64,000 nt of DNA. It comes from an uncultured Oscillospiraceae bacterium (lineage in GTDB: Bacteria > Bacillota > Clostridia > Acetivibrionales > DTU013). This document shows, piece after piece, positions 30,478-40,974 of this stretch (position 1 is its first letter; each line of letters starts with the position of its first letter). The notes beneath the pieces were generated by a model. The model was not told where the DNA came from. It made no database searches and saw only the letters and a list, made by a program, of their open reading frames with translations. The position numbers were made by a program, and so were the translations under genes. The DNA lies in assembly GCA_964512095.1 (NCBI GenBank), contig CAZEIH010000010.1, positions 14,743 through 78,742 on the forward strand, written 5' to 3'.

Positions 30478-32013
30478 TCACACATTCCATATTTTCCTGT
30501 CAAGACTCCTATATTGTATTGCTTCTGCTAGATGCTCCTGCTTTATATCCTCATATTGGTCCATATCAGCAATAGTTCTGGCCACCTTTATTATCCTACT
30601 GTGAGCTCTGGCACTCATACTAAGCTTATCAAACGCATTTCTCAATATATTCCTACAGCTTTTGTCCAATCTGCAATACTTTCCGAACATTGCCGGTTGA
30701 AGCTGAGAATTAGAATAGATTCCCATGCCCTTATACCTCTCAAGCTGTAATCTCCTAGTCCTTTCCACCCTTCCCCTTATAGTCGCAGAGGATTCCACAG
30801 GAGTATCGCTGTCCAAATCCCTGTACTTCACAGGCGATACCTCGATATGGATATCCATTCTATCCAAAAGTGGGCCGGACATTTTTCCTATATACTGTTG
30901 AATTTGGTTGGGGGTACATGAACATTGGCCGGTGTGATCTAAGAATTTTCCACATCTGCACGGATTTGCAGCACATATAAGTGTAGTTCTGGCCGGATAT
31001 GTAAGAGTGGCATTGACTCTTGAAATTGTTATTATTCCATCCTCCAACGGCTGTCGTAGGGATTCAAGAGACTTCTTACCAAACTCAGGGAGCTCGTCCA
31101 AAAAAAGTACACCATAGTGAGCAAGACTAATTTCACCGGGCTTTGGCATTGATCCTCCCCCCACAAGACCTGTATCTGAAATAGTATGATGAGGACTTCT
31201 AAAGGGTCTTTTCTTTACAAGTGGCAGTCCCTGAGGCAAAATACCTGCAATACTGTGTATTTTTGTCACCTCCAAGGCTTCGTCAAAGGTCATAGAGGGA
31301 AGGATAGTGGCCAGTCTTCTAGCAAGCATTGTCTTTCCACAGCCTGGCGAACCAAGCATTAGACAGTTATGCCCCCCTGATGCGGCCACCTCCAATGCTC
31401 TTTTGACATTCTCCTGTCCCTTTACATCAGCAAAGTCCACATCATAACCCCTATTTGTATCTCCAGCATCCTGGCGTGTATCAATGAATGGAGTTATCTC
31501 AGCTTCCCCATTTATTATGCTTACTGCTCCCTTAAGATCTTTAACCGGAATTATGCACAAGTCCTTGATAACTGATGCTTCCCTAGCATTTGCTTCTGGT
31601 AGAAATACATATCTAATGCCATTTAGCAAGGCACATGCTGCCATGGGTAATACACCCTTGACAGGCTTTATTTCACCATTAAGAGCAAGCTCTCCTATAA
31701 ACATGGAGTTTTGTAGTGAAGCATAATTTATTTTACCTGTTGATGCAATTATGCCAAGAGAAATGGCAAGATCAAAAGAAGATCCCTCTTTTTTAATATT
31801 AGCAGGCGCCATATTCAACGTAATTCTGCGTATGGGAAATTCAAAGCCAGTGTTTTTAATTGCAGAACGCACACGCTCTCGTGCTTCACGAATTGCTGTA
31901 TCACCAAGTCCAACGATGTCAAATGCAGGTATCCCACTACTAATGTCTGTCTCGATCTCAACTAAATAGCCATCAATACCTAAAAGACCGCAGCTTATAA
32001 TTTTTGAGTACAT
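30478..32013 (-). CDS. comM: YifB/ComM Mg-chelatase-like AAA+ ATPase
   Basis: RESRE-like RERVRSA, GSPGCGKT, LFLDELPEF, SGPLLDRMD. Confidence 0.92.
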   Translation of the reverse strand: MYSKIISCGLLGIDGYLVEIETDISSGIPAFDIVGLGDTAIREARERVRSAIKNTGFEFPIRRITLNMAPANIKKEGSSFDLAISLGIIASTGKINYASLQNSMFIGELALNGEIKPVKGVLPMAACALLNGIRYVFLPEANAREASVIKDLCIIPVKDLKGAVSIINGEAEITPFIDTRQDAGDTNRGYDVDFADVKGQENVKRALEVAASGGHNCLMLGSPGCGKTMLARRLATILPSMTFDEALEVTKIHSIAGILPQGLPLVKKRPFRSPHHTISDTGLVGGGSMPKPGEISLAHYGVLFLDELPEFGKKSLESLRQPLEDGIITISRVNATLTYPARTTLICAANPCRCGKFLDHTGQCSCTPNQIQQYIGKMSGPLLDRMDIHIEVSPVKYRDLDSDTPVESSATIRGRVERTRRLQLERYKGMGIYSNSQLQPAMFGKYCRLDKSCRNILRNAFDKLSMSARAHSRIIKVARTIADMDQYEDIKQEHLAEAIQYRSLDRKIWNV

Positions 32014-32048
32014 ACCTTTTACCTTCTTTGTTGTATTATGTCGCTATA

Positions 32049-32471
32049 TCATACATTTATTTCCAACATAATACTACTATAAATACACATGTTTGTACAT
32101 ACCCAATTTTTAAGTATGGTGCCAGTCACGACAGATAGCAGGCCCAGGGCAAAATGCTGCATTATCGATACCTTGCCAACGACCTCTGCCTTGGTAGGTT
32201 TTCCAAGAAACATCAAATAATATCTTCCCTGACAACCGGCAAGAATCGAACCGCCGGCAAAATCAAGATTACTTGTGTAGCAGTAGGTTACAACTATTGC
32301 AATTAGAATTGCCCCTGCACCAGAAAGGCTGTATAAGATATATTTTGATCCCTCCTTCACTGCTTCAGCGCTGCGCTCATGGATTACCAACGGATATGTG
32401 GCAAACGTAAGCAGCTCATAAAACAGGTAAAGGGCAATAAGATTCCCCGAGAATGCTATCCCCAATGTAGC
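32049..32471 (-). pseudogene. Remnant of a proton-conducting membrane subunit (MrpD/NuoN/HyfB-like)
   Basis: ATLGIAFSGNLIALYLFYELLTFATYPLVIHERS..A..EGSKYILYSL is a typical antiporter-like motif; in-frame TAA just upstream, no RBS, far shorter than the roughly 450-500 aa family size. Confidence 0.75.
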
Positions 32472-32509
32472 GTTTTTTTACATGCCGTATTGACTTCTTC
32501 GACAGCGAT

Positions 32510-32965
32510 TTATTTCTCTTTCAGCAGCTTTCGAAGCTCTTCCATAAAGGTATTGATATCTTTGAATTGCCTGTATACAGAGGCAAACCTAACATATGCC
32601 ACCTCGTCAAGATCCTTGAGTCTAGCCATGACCATTTCTCCTATTTCCTGGGTCGTAATCTCCCTTTTCAAAGAGTTGAGTATCTGTGTTTCAATACCAT
32701 CTATAAGCTTTTCAAGCTCATTAATGGAAACTGGTCTTTTTTCACAGGCTCTGAGAAGGCCGTTAAGAAGCTTTTGACGATCAAATATTTGCCGGGTCTT
32801 ATCCTTTTTAATTACCATCAAAGGAACACTTTCAACCTTTTCATATGTAGTGAATCTTTTAGCACATTTAGAGCATTCTCTTCGTCTTCTGATAGATGTG
32901 TTTTCTTCGGTAGGTCTTGAGTCTATCACCTTGTCATCCATGAACCCACAATATGGACACTTCAT
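32510..32965 (-). CDS. nrdR: Transcriptional repressor NrdR
   Basis: MKCPYCG...[30 protein letters not shown]. Confidence 0.97.
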   Translation of the reverse strand: MKCPYCGFMDDKVIDSRPTEENTSIRRRRECSKCAKRFTTYEKVESVPLMVIKKDKTRQIFDRQKLLNGLLRACEKRPVSINELEKLIDGIETQILNSLKREITTQEIGEMVMARLKDLDEVAYVRFASVYRQFKDINTFMEELRKLLKEK

Positions 32966-33071
32966 AGCTTACCCTCCTGTATCGTTTGCACCGTAGTGCT
33001 TTATCTTTTGTACTACTCCACTAATGTATCGGGCAATACTCACATTTTCTTTAGGAAATCAATAAAAATCA

Positions 33072-33341
33072 TTAGTCAAAGTATTTTCTCATAAATCGCT
33101 CATCCAGGTCAACTAGAATAATGTCCTCTCCTATTTTAACTATCTTTTCCCATGGTATAACAAACTCACTATCCTTGCCCAAAAATCCAAAAAGCCGGGC
33201 AACACCAGCCAAAACAATAGCGGCGATTTTCCCTTGATCCAAATCGATTTCTACATCCGATACAAAGCCGAGACGTCTGCCGTCAGATACATTTATTACT
33301 TCCTTTTGTTTGAAGTCAGATGATCGATTCATTTCCCCCAC
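33072..33341 (-). CDS. ylmC: YlmC/YmxH PRC-barrel sporulation protein
   Basis: KEVINVSDGRRLG...IPWEKIVKIGEDIILV; follows sigG. Confidence 0.9.
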   Translation of the reverse strand: MGEMNRSSDFKQKEVINVSDGRRLGFVSDVEIDLDQGKIAAIVLAGVARLFGFLGKDSEFVIPWEKIVKIGEDIILVDLDERFMRKYFD

Positions 33342-33422
33342 CAGTCTTCCATAATGAGGATATAGAATGCCTACCTAAATGTATGCTGATGAATTCAACA
33401 ATATAACTAGGCCAGAACTGCC

Positions 33423-33454
33423 CCCACTCCCACCACGCTTCCATGTGTAGAGGT
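33423..33454. repeat. Degenerate intergenic repeat, copy B (similar to 61241-61274)
   Basis: CCCACTCCCAC-CACGCTTCCATGTGTAGAGGT vs CCTACTCCCACAACCTACGCCCATGCCAAGAGGT. Confidence 0.45.
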
Positions 33455-33475
33455 TTCCTCTTACTTACTACAAAA

Positions 33476-33495
33476 CAAAAAACACCTTTCGGTGT
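33476..33495 (-). terminator. Intrinsic terminator after sigG
   Basis: Minus strand ACACC-GAAA-GGTGT followed by a T-run. Confidence 0.6.
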
Positions 33496-33504
33496 CCTTA
33501 AACT

Positions 33505-34278
33505 CTATATATGTTTTCTCATATGCATTAATGCCGTTTTTTCAAGTCGTGATACCTGAGCCTGAGATATCCCAATTTCTTCTGCTACCTCCATCTGGGT
33601 CCGACCCTCAAAAAACCGCAAATTTAGTATAAGCTTCTCCCTGTCATTCAGCTTCCGCATAGCCTCTTTTAGAGAAATGCCTTCCAGCCAGTTCTCATCT
33701 ATATTTTTTTCATCCTTTACTTGGTCCATTACATATATTGCGTCTCCGCCATCATGATATACGGACTCGAACAGTGAAATTGGATCCTGTATAGCATCCA
33801 GTGCAAATACCACGTCCTCCTTTGGTAACTGGAGCTCCTTCGCTATTTCTGATATAGTAGGCTCCTTGGAATTCCTTATAGTAAGTCTTTCCTTTGCCTG
33901 CAAAGCCTTATATGCTATATCTCTCAGAGATCTGCTTACTCTTATTGAATTGTTGTCCCTAAGATATCTTCGTATCTCACCGATAATCATAGGCACGGCA
34001 TAAGTAGAAAACCTTACATTTTGTGAAACATCGAAATTATCAATAGCTTTTATTAGTCCAATACAGCCAACTTGAAAAAGATCATCTACATATTCCCCTC
34101 TATTATTAAAACGCTGAATAACACTAAGTACAAGTCTTAGATTTCCGTTAATAAATTCTTCCCTTGCAGTAGGATCACCATTATGCATCCTTTCGAACAG
34201 GACCTTTTTTTGTTCATTTGATAAAACCGGCAGTTTAGAAGTATTGACTCCACATATTTCTACTTTGTTAATCAGCAT
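33505..34278 (-). CDS. sigG: Forespore sigma factor sigma-G (likely start 34278)
   Basis: NKVEICGVNTSKLPVL, GNLRLVLSVIQRF, QAQVSRLEK. Confidence 0.97.
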   Translation of the reverse strand: MLINKVEICGVNTSKLPVLSNEQKKVLFERMHNGDPTAREEFINGNLRLVLSVIQRFNNRGEYVDDLFQVGCIGLIKAIDNFDVSQNVRFSTYAVPMIIGEIRRYLRDNNSIRVSRSLRDIAYKALQAKERLTIRNSKEPTISEIAKELQLPKEDVVFALDAIQDPISLFESVYHDGGDAIYVMDQVKDEKNIDENWLEGISLKEAMRKLNDREKLILNLRFFEGRTQMEVAEEIGISQAQVSRLEKTALMHMRKHI

Positions 34279-34396
34279 ATTATTAACCTCCAGGTGCATT
34301 GTATAGTAACATTATTGCCCTAGAGGTCACTTTTATACTGTATACCTACTATAAAAATATTTGCCAAAGGCCTTGACAACAGCGGCTTTGATGGTT

Positions 34397-35128
34397 TTAA
34401 ACCATTCTGCTGATCTCTTTCTTCAGGCGACTGATAATTCTCTTCTCCAGCCTTGAAATGTAGGATTGAGAGATACCAAGCATATCAGCAACCTCCTTCT
34501 GCGTTTTCTCAACTCCATTTGACAGGCCAAATCTTAATTCCATTATTTTCTTTTCCCTTATTGAAAGCTTCTTCATTGCAGTATTAAGAAGCTCCCTGTC
34601 TATTTCGTCCTCAAGACTCCTGTAGATAATGTCATTTTCTGTTCCTAATATATCTGATAGTAACAGCTCATTTCCATCCCAATCAACGTTGAGGGGCTCA
34701 TCTATAGAAACCTCGCTCTTTATCTTATTATTTCTCCTAAGGTACATAAGTATCTCATTTTCTATACATCTTGAAGCATATGTTGCAAGCTTGATATTTT
34801 TAGATGGATTAAAGGTATTTATAGCCTTTATCAACCCTATTGTCCCTATAGATACAAGGTCTTCCACACCAATCCCTGTGTTTTCAAACTTTCTGGCTAT
34901 ATAGACAACCAATCTTAGGTTGCGTTCTATCAAGACACTTTTAACTCCATAATCCTGCTCCTCCAGTCTTGCCAGCAGATAAGCCTCCTCGTCAGTGGAA
35001 AGGGGCGGTGGTAATGCTTCACTTCCTCCTATATAATGTATTGGGTATCCCCTTTTCCTTGTAATTTTGTTCAGTAGTTCCAAGTACCCAATCCTAATTA
35101 TCAGTTTAACTCTGGCATAAATACCCAT
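34397..35128 (-). CDS. sigE: Mother-cell pro-sigma-E
   Basis: [38 protein letters not shown]. Confidence 0.97.
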   Translation of the reverse strand: MGIYARVKLIIRIGYLELLNKITRKRGYPIHYIGGSEALPPPLSTDEEAYLLARLEEQDYGVKSVLIERNLRLVVYIARKFENTGIGVEDLVSIGTIGLIKAINTFNPSKNIKLATYASRCIENEILMYLRRNNKIKSEVSIDEPLNVDWDGNELLLSDILGTENDIIYRSLEDEIDRELLNTAMKKLSIREKKIMELRFGLSNGVEKTQKEVADMLGISQSYISRLEKRIISRLKKEISRMV

Positions 35129-35153
35129 GTGTTATCTCCTTTCGCTGTGTTAC

Positions 35154-36059
35154 CTACATTAGTTCGGGATTCATCAATGCTCTGTACTGTTGGTTTCTGG
35201 ATAAACCCTTGTTGTAAATACCTACTATCACGTCGTGCACACTTTTTCTACCATCATTTTCTCCTATCTCGATAAAGTCTGGCCTAAAACCGATAAGCAT
35301 ACCATTCTCCTTTCCCAGAGAGGTGAAGGGAATCAGCCGGAATCTGGAAAACCAGTTTGAACACGATATTGTTGCCGTGACCGTATTGAGATCGTTCTCG
35401 GTCTCATGCTCAAAGATGCTTCTAATTTCCTCAGGCAGAAGGGCTTTTATAGCTGTGTATTCAACTACTACCACAGGCATGTTAGATAAAGGGTCATGCA
35501 GTGAATTTCCCGTATCCACAAGAGCCGAAACCTCTATTGCCCTTTCGTCAAAGGTGATGCTGACCTGTACAAGCGGCTTTTCCTTTATGGCTCTGCTTTG
35601 AATAGCATCCCAGACTATTCGTAGAATAATAAGAGTCACACCAATGGCAAGGAGTAGTTCGGTCCATGTAGTATCCAATAATGTCATAGGAGTCATTACA
35701 ACGCCATTTCGCATTATCCCCCAATCTCTTTTGAAAAACATCAGTGCAAAACCGGCTCCAGCAAACAGGAATGTAGATGCATAAAATAAGGCCAGTGTTT
35801 TCAAAAACACCGTTATCCTGTTAAAATTGAAGGTAATTGCCACCATTATTATGGACAGAAGCACTTTGGAAAGTACTGTGGTATACACCTTCATATCAGG
35901 CAGCAAAATCATCAGTACAAGATATACTGTACCCAGGAGGGAACCAAGGAAAAGCCTCAGACTGCTCGCTTTATTCTTTGAGAACCTTGATGTAACCAGT
36001 AGTATCAAATAATTGATGACAATATTCTCAAGGATAACGATATCTAAATAGATCTTCAC
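35154..36059 (-). CDS. spoIIGA: Sigma-E processing aspartic protease SpoIIGA
   Basis: IYLDIVILEN, multi-TM N-terminus, ALVDTGNSLHDP, RLIPFTSLG. Confidence 0.95.
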   Translation of the reverse strand: MKIYLDIVILENIVINYLILLVTSRFSKNKASSLRLFLGSLLGTVYLVLMILLPDMKVYTTVLSKVLLSIIMVAITFNFNRITVFLKTLALFYASTFLFAGAGFALMFFKRDWGIMRNGVVMTPMTLLDTTWTELLLAIGVTLIILRIVWDAIQSRAIKEKPLVQVSITFDERAIEVSALVDTGNSLHDPLSNMPVVVVEYTAIKALLPEEIRSIFEHETENDLNTVTATISCSNWFSRFRLIPFTSLGKENGMLIGFRPDFIEIGENDGRKSVHDVIVGIYNKGLSRNQQYRALMNPELM

Positions 36060-36146
36060 TGTTTTACCTCACTCGGCTGTGTTTACAGACATCCCCTAAT
36101 TTACATATATTCTCAATCCTGCTATTTTATGTTTTGCTATACTATT

Positions 36147-36194
36147 ATTATATTTCATACACCCTGAATTTTATGTCAATTGCTACTGTAGAAT
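36147..36194 (-). promoter_or_regulatory. Spo0A-dependent sigma-A promoter of spoIIG
   Basis: Minus strand TTGACA (36179-36174), 21-nt spacer, TATAAT (36152-36147); over-long spacer as in B. subtilis spoIIG/spoIIE; reversed 0A-like boxes TTCTACA and ATTGACA at and upstream of -35. Confidence 0.7.
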
Positions 36195-36210
36195 TTAGTA
36201 TTTTAATCAA

Positions 36211-36240
36211 TAAAAACCCCTAAGCAGTTTGCTTAGGGGT
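36211..36240 (-). terminator. Intrinsic terminator after ftsZ
   Basis: ACCCCTAAGCA-gtt-TGCTTAGGGGT 11-bp stem with TTTTTA on the minus strand. Confidence 0.85.
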
Positions 36241-36270
36241 AACTGGACAATATACATATGATATGCTCTG

Positions 36271-37374
36271 TTATCTGTATCTGTTCTTTCTAAGAAATGT
36301 TGGTATTTCCAATTCGTCGTCAGAAACATCTCCACCAGTGTGACGCTTCACAGCTACAACCTGTTCAGGCTTTACGGCAGTCTGTTTGTCCATTGCTTTC
36401 TCCATTTTCCTTATAACCGGACCCTTTTCAAATCCAGTAGCAATAACTGTAATCAATATCTCGTCCTTAAGATTTTCATCTATTACTGCGCCGACAATTA
36501 TGTTAGCATCTGGATCAGCCGACTTTTGTACAAGCTCTGCTGCCATATTTACTTCGAAAAGTCCTAAATCCTCGCCACCTGTGATGTTTAGCAGTACACC
36601 TCTTGCGCCTTCGATGGAGGTCTCCAGTAGGGGGCTCTGTATTGCCAGCTTTGCGGCCTCCTCTGCTCTTCCGTCACCGGAAGCCCTGCCTATACCCATA
36701 TGGGCAAGTCCTGTATTGTACATTATTGTCTTTACATCAGCAAAGTCCAAATTTATTAGTCCCGGAACTGCAATCAGATCCGATATACCCTGGACACCCT
36801 GGCGAAGTACATCGTCAGCCATCTGGAAGGCGTCTATTATGGAAGTCTTTTTCTCAGCAACCTGAAGTAGTCTGTCGTTTGGTATAGTCACAAGCGTGTC
36901 AACAACCTCTTTAAGCTTCTCGATACCCTGCTCAGCATACTGCATCCTCTTTCGTCCCTCAAACATGAAGGGCTTTGTGACCACACCCACCGTAAGGATA
37001 CCCATTTCCTTTGCTATCTGCGCAACAATAGGCGTTGCTCCTGTTCCGGTGCCGCCTCCCATTCCTGCGGTAACAAAGACCATGTCAGCACCTTTGACTG
37101 CCTGAGCAATTTCATCCTTACTCTCATCGGCTGCTTTTTCACCAATTTCAGGATTAGCTCCTGCACCAAGGCCTTTAGTCAGCTTGTCCCCAATCTGAAT
37201 CTTTGTGTTTGCTTTGGAAAGAAAGAGTGCCTGTTTATCTGTATTTATTGCTATGAACTCGACACCGCGTAGTCCCGCTGATATCATTCTGTTGACGGCA
37301 TTATTGCCTCCACCACCGACACCTATGACCTTAATTTGGGCAAACTGTTCCATATCAATATCAAACTCCAGCAA
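36271..37374 (-). CDS. ftsZ: Cell division protein FtsZ (likely TTG start 37374)
   Basis: [28 protein letters not shown]-terminal LEIPTFLR. Confidence 0.98.
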   Translation of the reverse strand: MLEFDIDMEQFAQIKVIGVGGGGNNAVNRMISAGLRGVEFIAINTDKQALFLSKANTKIQIGDKLTKGLGAGANPEIGEKAADESKDEIAQAVKGADMVFVTAGMGGGTGTGATPIVAQIAKEMGILTVGVVTKPFMFEGRKRMQYAEQGIEKLKEVVDTLVTIPNDRLLQVAEKKTSIIDAFQMADDVLRQGVQGISDLIAVPGLINLDFADVKTIMYNTGLAHMGIGRASGDGRAEEAAKLAIQSPLLETSIEGARGVLLNITGGEDLGLFEVNMAAELVQKSADPDANIIVGAVIDENLKDEILITVIATGFEKGPVIRKMEKAMDKQTAVKPEQVVAVKRHTGGDVSDDELEIPTFLRKNRYR

Positions 37375-37489
37375 AGTGAATCCCCCTTTTGTCATTGGTT
37401 TGGCATTACTTAAATAATATCTTATTCCATTCATTAAAGCAAGATTAGATTTACAAAAAGTTCAATTAAAATATTATTGTTTAACTAAT

Positions 37490-38722
37490 CTAAAAAATCT
37501 CTTTTATGAAACTAATTATTCTATTAATAAAATTCATTTTAGGGCTACTGACTGTAGGTTTCTTTAGCTTAACCTCACTTGCCGCACTTCCACCCTTTTT
37601 AACATTGGCCACATACTTGATAATACCTGCCGTCGCAACATATTCAGGCTTAGAAACACCTTGGAGCTGTCCAGCCTGTACAACTCTGATTGGAACTTGG
37701 AACACCTCCTGGGCAAGCTGTTTACATCCGTCAACATAAGATATGCCAGCTCCGGTCATAACCGCATTGCCTTCCTCGGGAATACTCACGCCAGCCTTAG
37801 TAAGTAAATTATTACAAAGTGAGAATACTTCATAGACTCTTGCCTCAATTATCTCAACCACTTCCGATACCTTCACATTTTTCTTTGTATTCTCATTGAT
37901 ATCTAAAACTGAAATTTCCTGATCGTTCTTAATAAGAGATGTCAATGCCAATTCGAATTGTCTTTTTATCTTTTCAGCCTCGACATTTGATATTCTCAAT
38001 CCTATTGCTATATCATTGGTAACATGATCCCCTCCCACAGGGATTGAATCATAAAAAATCAGCCGTTTGCCCTGGAATACTGAAACATCAGTAACACTAC
38101 CTCCTACATCCAGTAGGATAACTCCAATATCCTTCTCATCAGCAGTCAGACATATCTCCCCGGTGGCAAATGCTTCTGCTACTATTCCATCTATTCTGAT
38201 TCCTGCTCTTTCCATGCTTTTTATTATATTTTGAACAGAGGTGATTTTCCCCACCAGTATGTCGGCATCGACTTCAAGCCTTGCTCCTACCATACCGACA
38301 GGATCAGTTATCTCATCATAACCGTCGATTATGTACTGCCTTGGTATCACATCTATCAACTGTCTGTCATCCGGATATTCTATATCTCTGACATCGCTCA
38401 GGATATTTTCAACATCGACACTCGATATCTCTCTGCCATTAATATTCAAATAGCCTCTATTGTTGATAATATTGACATGCATTCCATGTATGTTTACATA
38501 AGCTGAAGCAATTTTCATATTGGCATCGGCTTCAGCCTCTTCAACAGCCTTCCTAATACTATCAGCTGTACTGTCTATGTCAACTATAACACCCTTTTTC
38601 AGGCCATTGCATGAAGCCATGCCTCTGCCTACTATCTCTATTTGAGAAAGCTTGTTCACTTTTCCGATAAGTGAACTTACTTTGGTTGTTCCAATATCAA
38701 TGCCTATAATTAAGTTATTCAC
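37490..38722 (-). CDS. ftsA: Cell division protein FtsA
   Basis: IGIDIGTTKV, LDVGGSVTD, IPVGGDHVTNDIA. Confidence 0.96.
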   Translation of the reverse strand: MNNLIIGIDIGTTKVSSLIGKVNKLSQIEIVGRGMASCNGLKKGVIVDIDSTADSIRKAVEEAEADANMKIASAYVNIHGMHVNIINNRGYLNINGREISSVDVENILSDVRDIEYPDDRQLIDVIPRQYIIDGYDEITDPVGMVGARLEVDADILVGKITSVQNIIKSMERAGIRIDGIVAEAFATGEICLTADEKDIGVILLDVGGSVTDVSVFQGKRLIFYDSIPVGGDHVTNDIAIGLRISNVEAEKIKRQFELALTSLIKNDQEISVLDINENTKKNVKVSEVVEIIEARVYEVFSLCNNLLTKAGVSIPEEGNAVMTGAGISYVDGCKQLAQEVFQVPIRVVQAGQLQGVSKPEYVATAGIIKYVANVKKGGSAASEVKLKKPTVSSPKMNFINRIISFIKEIF

Positions 38723-38741
38723 AGATGCGACCCCCTACAAA

Positions 38742-39092
38742 CTATATATTATCTTTTTTTCTCGACTTATTCAACAAATATCTGCGAATAATAGCGAAAT
38801 TTATAAAAATTCTGTTACCAAATGCGAAAATTGCTGCAAGATACAGCTGTAGTCCCATCTGATCTCCTATATAGGCCAATATTGCAGCTAGTATAGCATT
38901 ACCAAAAAAACCGGAAACAAAAATCTTCATGTCGAATTTTCCACGCACTGTTGCGGAAAATCCACCAAATACCGAGTCTATGGAAGCAAGTATAGCTACT
39001 GCCAGGTAAATAGAATATTGCTGTGGAACATTAATAGGGATTATAAATACTCCTATCAATATACCTATAATCATACCTAAAATTGGAAGCAT
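38742..39092 (-). CDS. sbp: Small basic protein Sbp (DUF1290)
   Basis: YLAVAILASIDSVFGG...GFFGNAILAA...RIFINFAIIRR. Confidence 0.92.
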   Translation of the reverse strand: MLPILGMIIGILIGVFIIPINVPQQYSIYLAVAILASIDSVFGGFSATVRGKFDMKIFVSGFFGNAILAAILAYIGDQMGLQLYLAAIFAFGNRIFINFAIIRRYLLNKSRKKDNI

Positions 39093-39098
39093 TGATGC

Positions 39099-39947
39099 CT
39101 ACCCTCCATATTCCGGAGTGAACACCGGATCAGTATTTGCCGAGAAATCCAGTGTACCCCTTTCAGTTTTCTTTAAATTCTTTCTTAATATGCTTGTGGT
39201 AGCACTAATCTTATAGTGTAGATCCTCTGCCTTGCCAAGATTTACTATTATCCGTGATTCGAGTGAAATCTTTACATTGTAAGGATCACATGGATCCACA
39301 TAGTCAACATCATCTATTAGCTTACACTCATTTGCACTATCCACGTCCTTAATTGTATCAAATACTTTAAATGCTGATAAGAACATTTCATCAGGAATAT
39401 CCAATTTATTGCCCAGATTGGCAGTTGCCAGCTGAGTAGTCCGTATTACAGGCAAACTTAGTCTGTCTGTAGCAGGCTCTATTTCCAGGAGATATCCCTC
39501 CCTGTCAATGAGTAGATATGTTCCCTTCATATCTATTATAGCTGCTGGCTCACGTTCAACAACCTCAATATGTATAGTAGACGGAAGGACGTATCCGACT
39601 CTTGCCTGCTTAACATATGGGCAGTTGCTCATAATACTTCTTTCGGCGTCGCTAATTCGCATAACGCCTGAAAACGAACTACTCTCAAACATGAGCTTGA
39701 ATCCGTTACGTCCCGGTCTTATACTTGAGGCAGCCGCCAGAACTGCCCCATCATAGTGGGCAGAGCCCTCTGATACAATCTGTTTTATATTAAAAAAGGG
39801 TGACATTGAAGTATATATAATGGTAATTACAAACAACACTGTCACCAATACAAACCACATTGTACTTAGTATTCTTTGCAGTCCTCTTTTTCTTTTGTTA
39901 CGCACATGTGCCGGCTCCTGCACAACCTTTATCCTGCGCAATTTCAT
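39099..39947 (-). CDS. ftsQ: Cell division protein FtsQ/DivIB (likely start 39947)
   Basis: Basic N-terminus, single TM segment, POTRA (PFFNIKQI...PYVKQARV...PSTIHIEVVER). Confidence 0.88.
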   Translation of the reverse strand: MKLRRIKVVQEPAHVRNKRKRGLQRILSTMWFVLVTVLFVITIIYTSMSPFFNIKQIVSEGSAHYDGAVLAAASSIRPGRNGFKLMFESSSFSGVMRISDAERSIMSNCPYVKQARVGYVLPSTIHIEVVEREPAAIIDMKGTYLLIDREGYLLEIEPATDRLSLPVIRTTQLATANLGNKLDIPDEMFLSAFKVFDTIKDVDSANECKLIDDVDYVDPCDPYNVKISLESRIIVNLGKAEDLHYKISATTSILRKNLKKTERGTLDFSANTDPVFTPEYGG

Positions 39948-39993
39948 TAATTTCCCCCTGATTGCCTTTATATCAGGCATTTCAGCTATGTTG

Positions 39994-40929
39994 CTATTCA
40001 ACCCGCTGGATGGATGCTCCAACCTGTCTTAATTTATCTTCAATACTCTCATATCCTCTGTCTATATGCTTGATATCGGATATCACCGATTCCCCTTCAG
40101 CTGAGAGTCCTGCAAGCACCAAGGCTGCTCCTCCCCTGAGATCACGGGCATACACATTTGCACCTGTAAGCTTTTTTACCCCCTTTACAATTGCAATACG
40201 ACCTTCAAGCTTTATATTGGCACCCATTCTTAGCAATTCATCCACATGCTTGTATCTGTTTTCAAATACAGTCTCCACTATTATGCTTGTGCCTCTTGCA
40301 ATTGTCAACATGGCACTAATTTGCGCCTGCATATCTGTTGGGAAGCCCGGGTAAGGCAATGTACGAACAATATCTAGAGCACGCATTCTAGCAGGGCCGG
40401 CAACTAACATTGTACTGCCTTTTATAACAATCCTACAGCCGCTTTCTCTTAAAAGAGATATTATGGAACTTAAGTGCTCTGGTATTACATTCCTTAGTAA
40501 CAGCTCTCCGCCTGTGATACCTGCCGCCACCATATATGTACCTGCTACTATGCGGTCTGTAATGATAGTATGTTCCGCATTTCTTAGCTTATGTTCTCCT
40601 CCTCTGATCCTTACGACGCTCGTGCCGGCACCTGTAACATAAACGCCGGTGGATTGCAGGTAGTTCTGCAAATCCAGTATTTCAGGCTCCTTGGCTGCAT
40701 TTCTTATAACTGTTTCTCCTTCGGCAAATACCGAAGCCAGCATAATATTCTCTGTAGCCCCAACACTTGGATAATCAAGCTGGATATCACAACCCTTCAG
40801 CCTTTCGGCCTCACAGTATATGAATCCTCTTTGGGCATCCTGTACCTTCGCCCCCATATTTTTCAGCGCTTTCAGATGTAAATCTATAGGTCTAGGGCCT
40901 ATTTCGCACCCACCCGGATACGTAACTCT
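39994..40929 (-). pseudogene. murA: 5'-truncated UDP-GlcNAc enolpyruvyl transferase (MurA)
   Basis: Reading frame begins RVTYPGGCEIGPRPIDLHL right after an in-frame TGA (40930-40932). Downstream SVGATEN, DRIVAGT, PYPGFPTDMQ, DLRGGAAL and HIDRGY are intact. About 105 N-terminal codons have no room (previous gene ends at 41019). Confidence 0.8.
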
Positions 40930-40974
40930 TCAGGTATTGAAATATACTACCATTTCTCTTGCTTTACATCTATT

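Noticed and set aside
29368-32013. dprA-comM plus Tad pili as a novel competence system
   Set aside because: comM-dprA-topA is a widespread conserved gene order located more than 10 kb from the tad operon; no comEA/comEC/comF in the window
38742-39947. Absence of DUF881 (ylxW/ylxX) genes around sbp as evidence of cluster erosion
   Set aside because: ftsQ and sbp are cleanly coupled (6-bp gap, good RBS); I recall the same order in related clostridia, so it is probably normal for the lineage
40930-40950. Selenocysteine or readthrough rescue of murA via ATG GTA GTA TAT TTC AAT ACC TGA
   Set aside because: Readthrough would add only 8 non-homologous residues; about 105 essential N-terminal codons would still be missing
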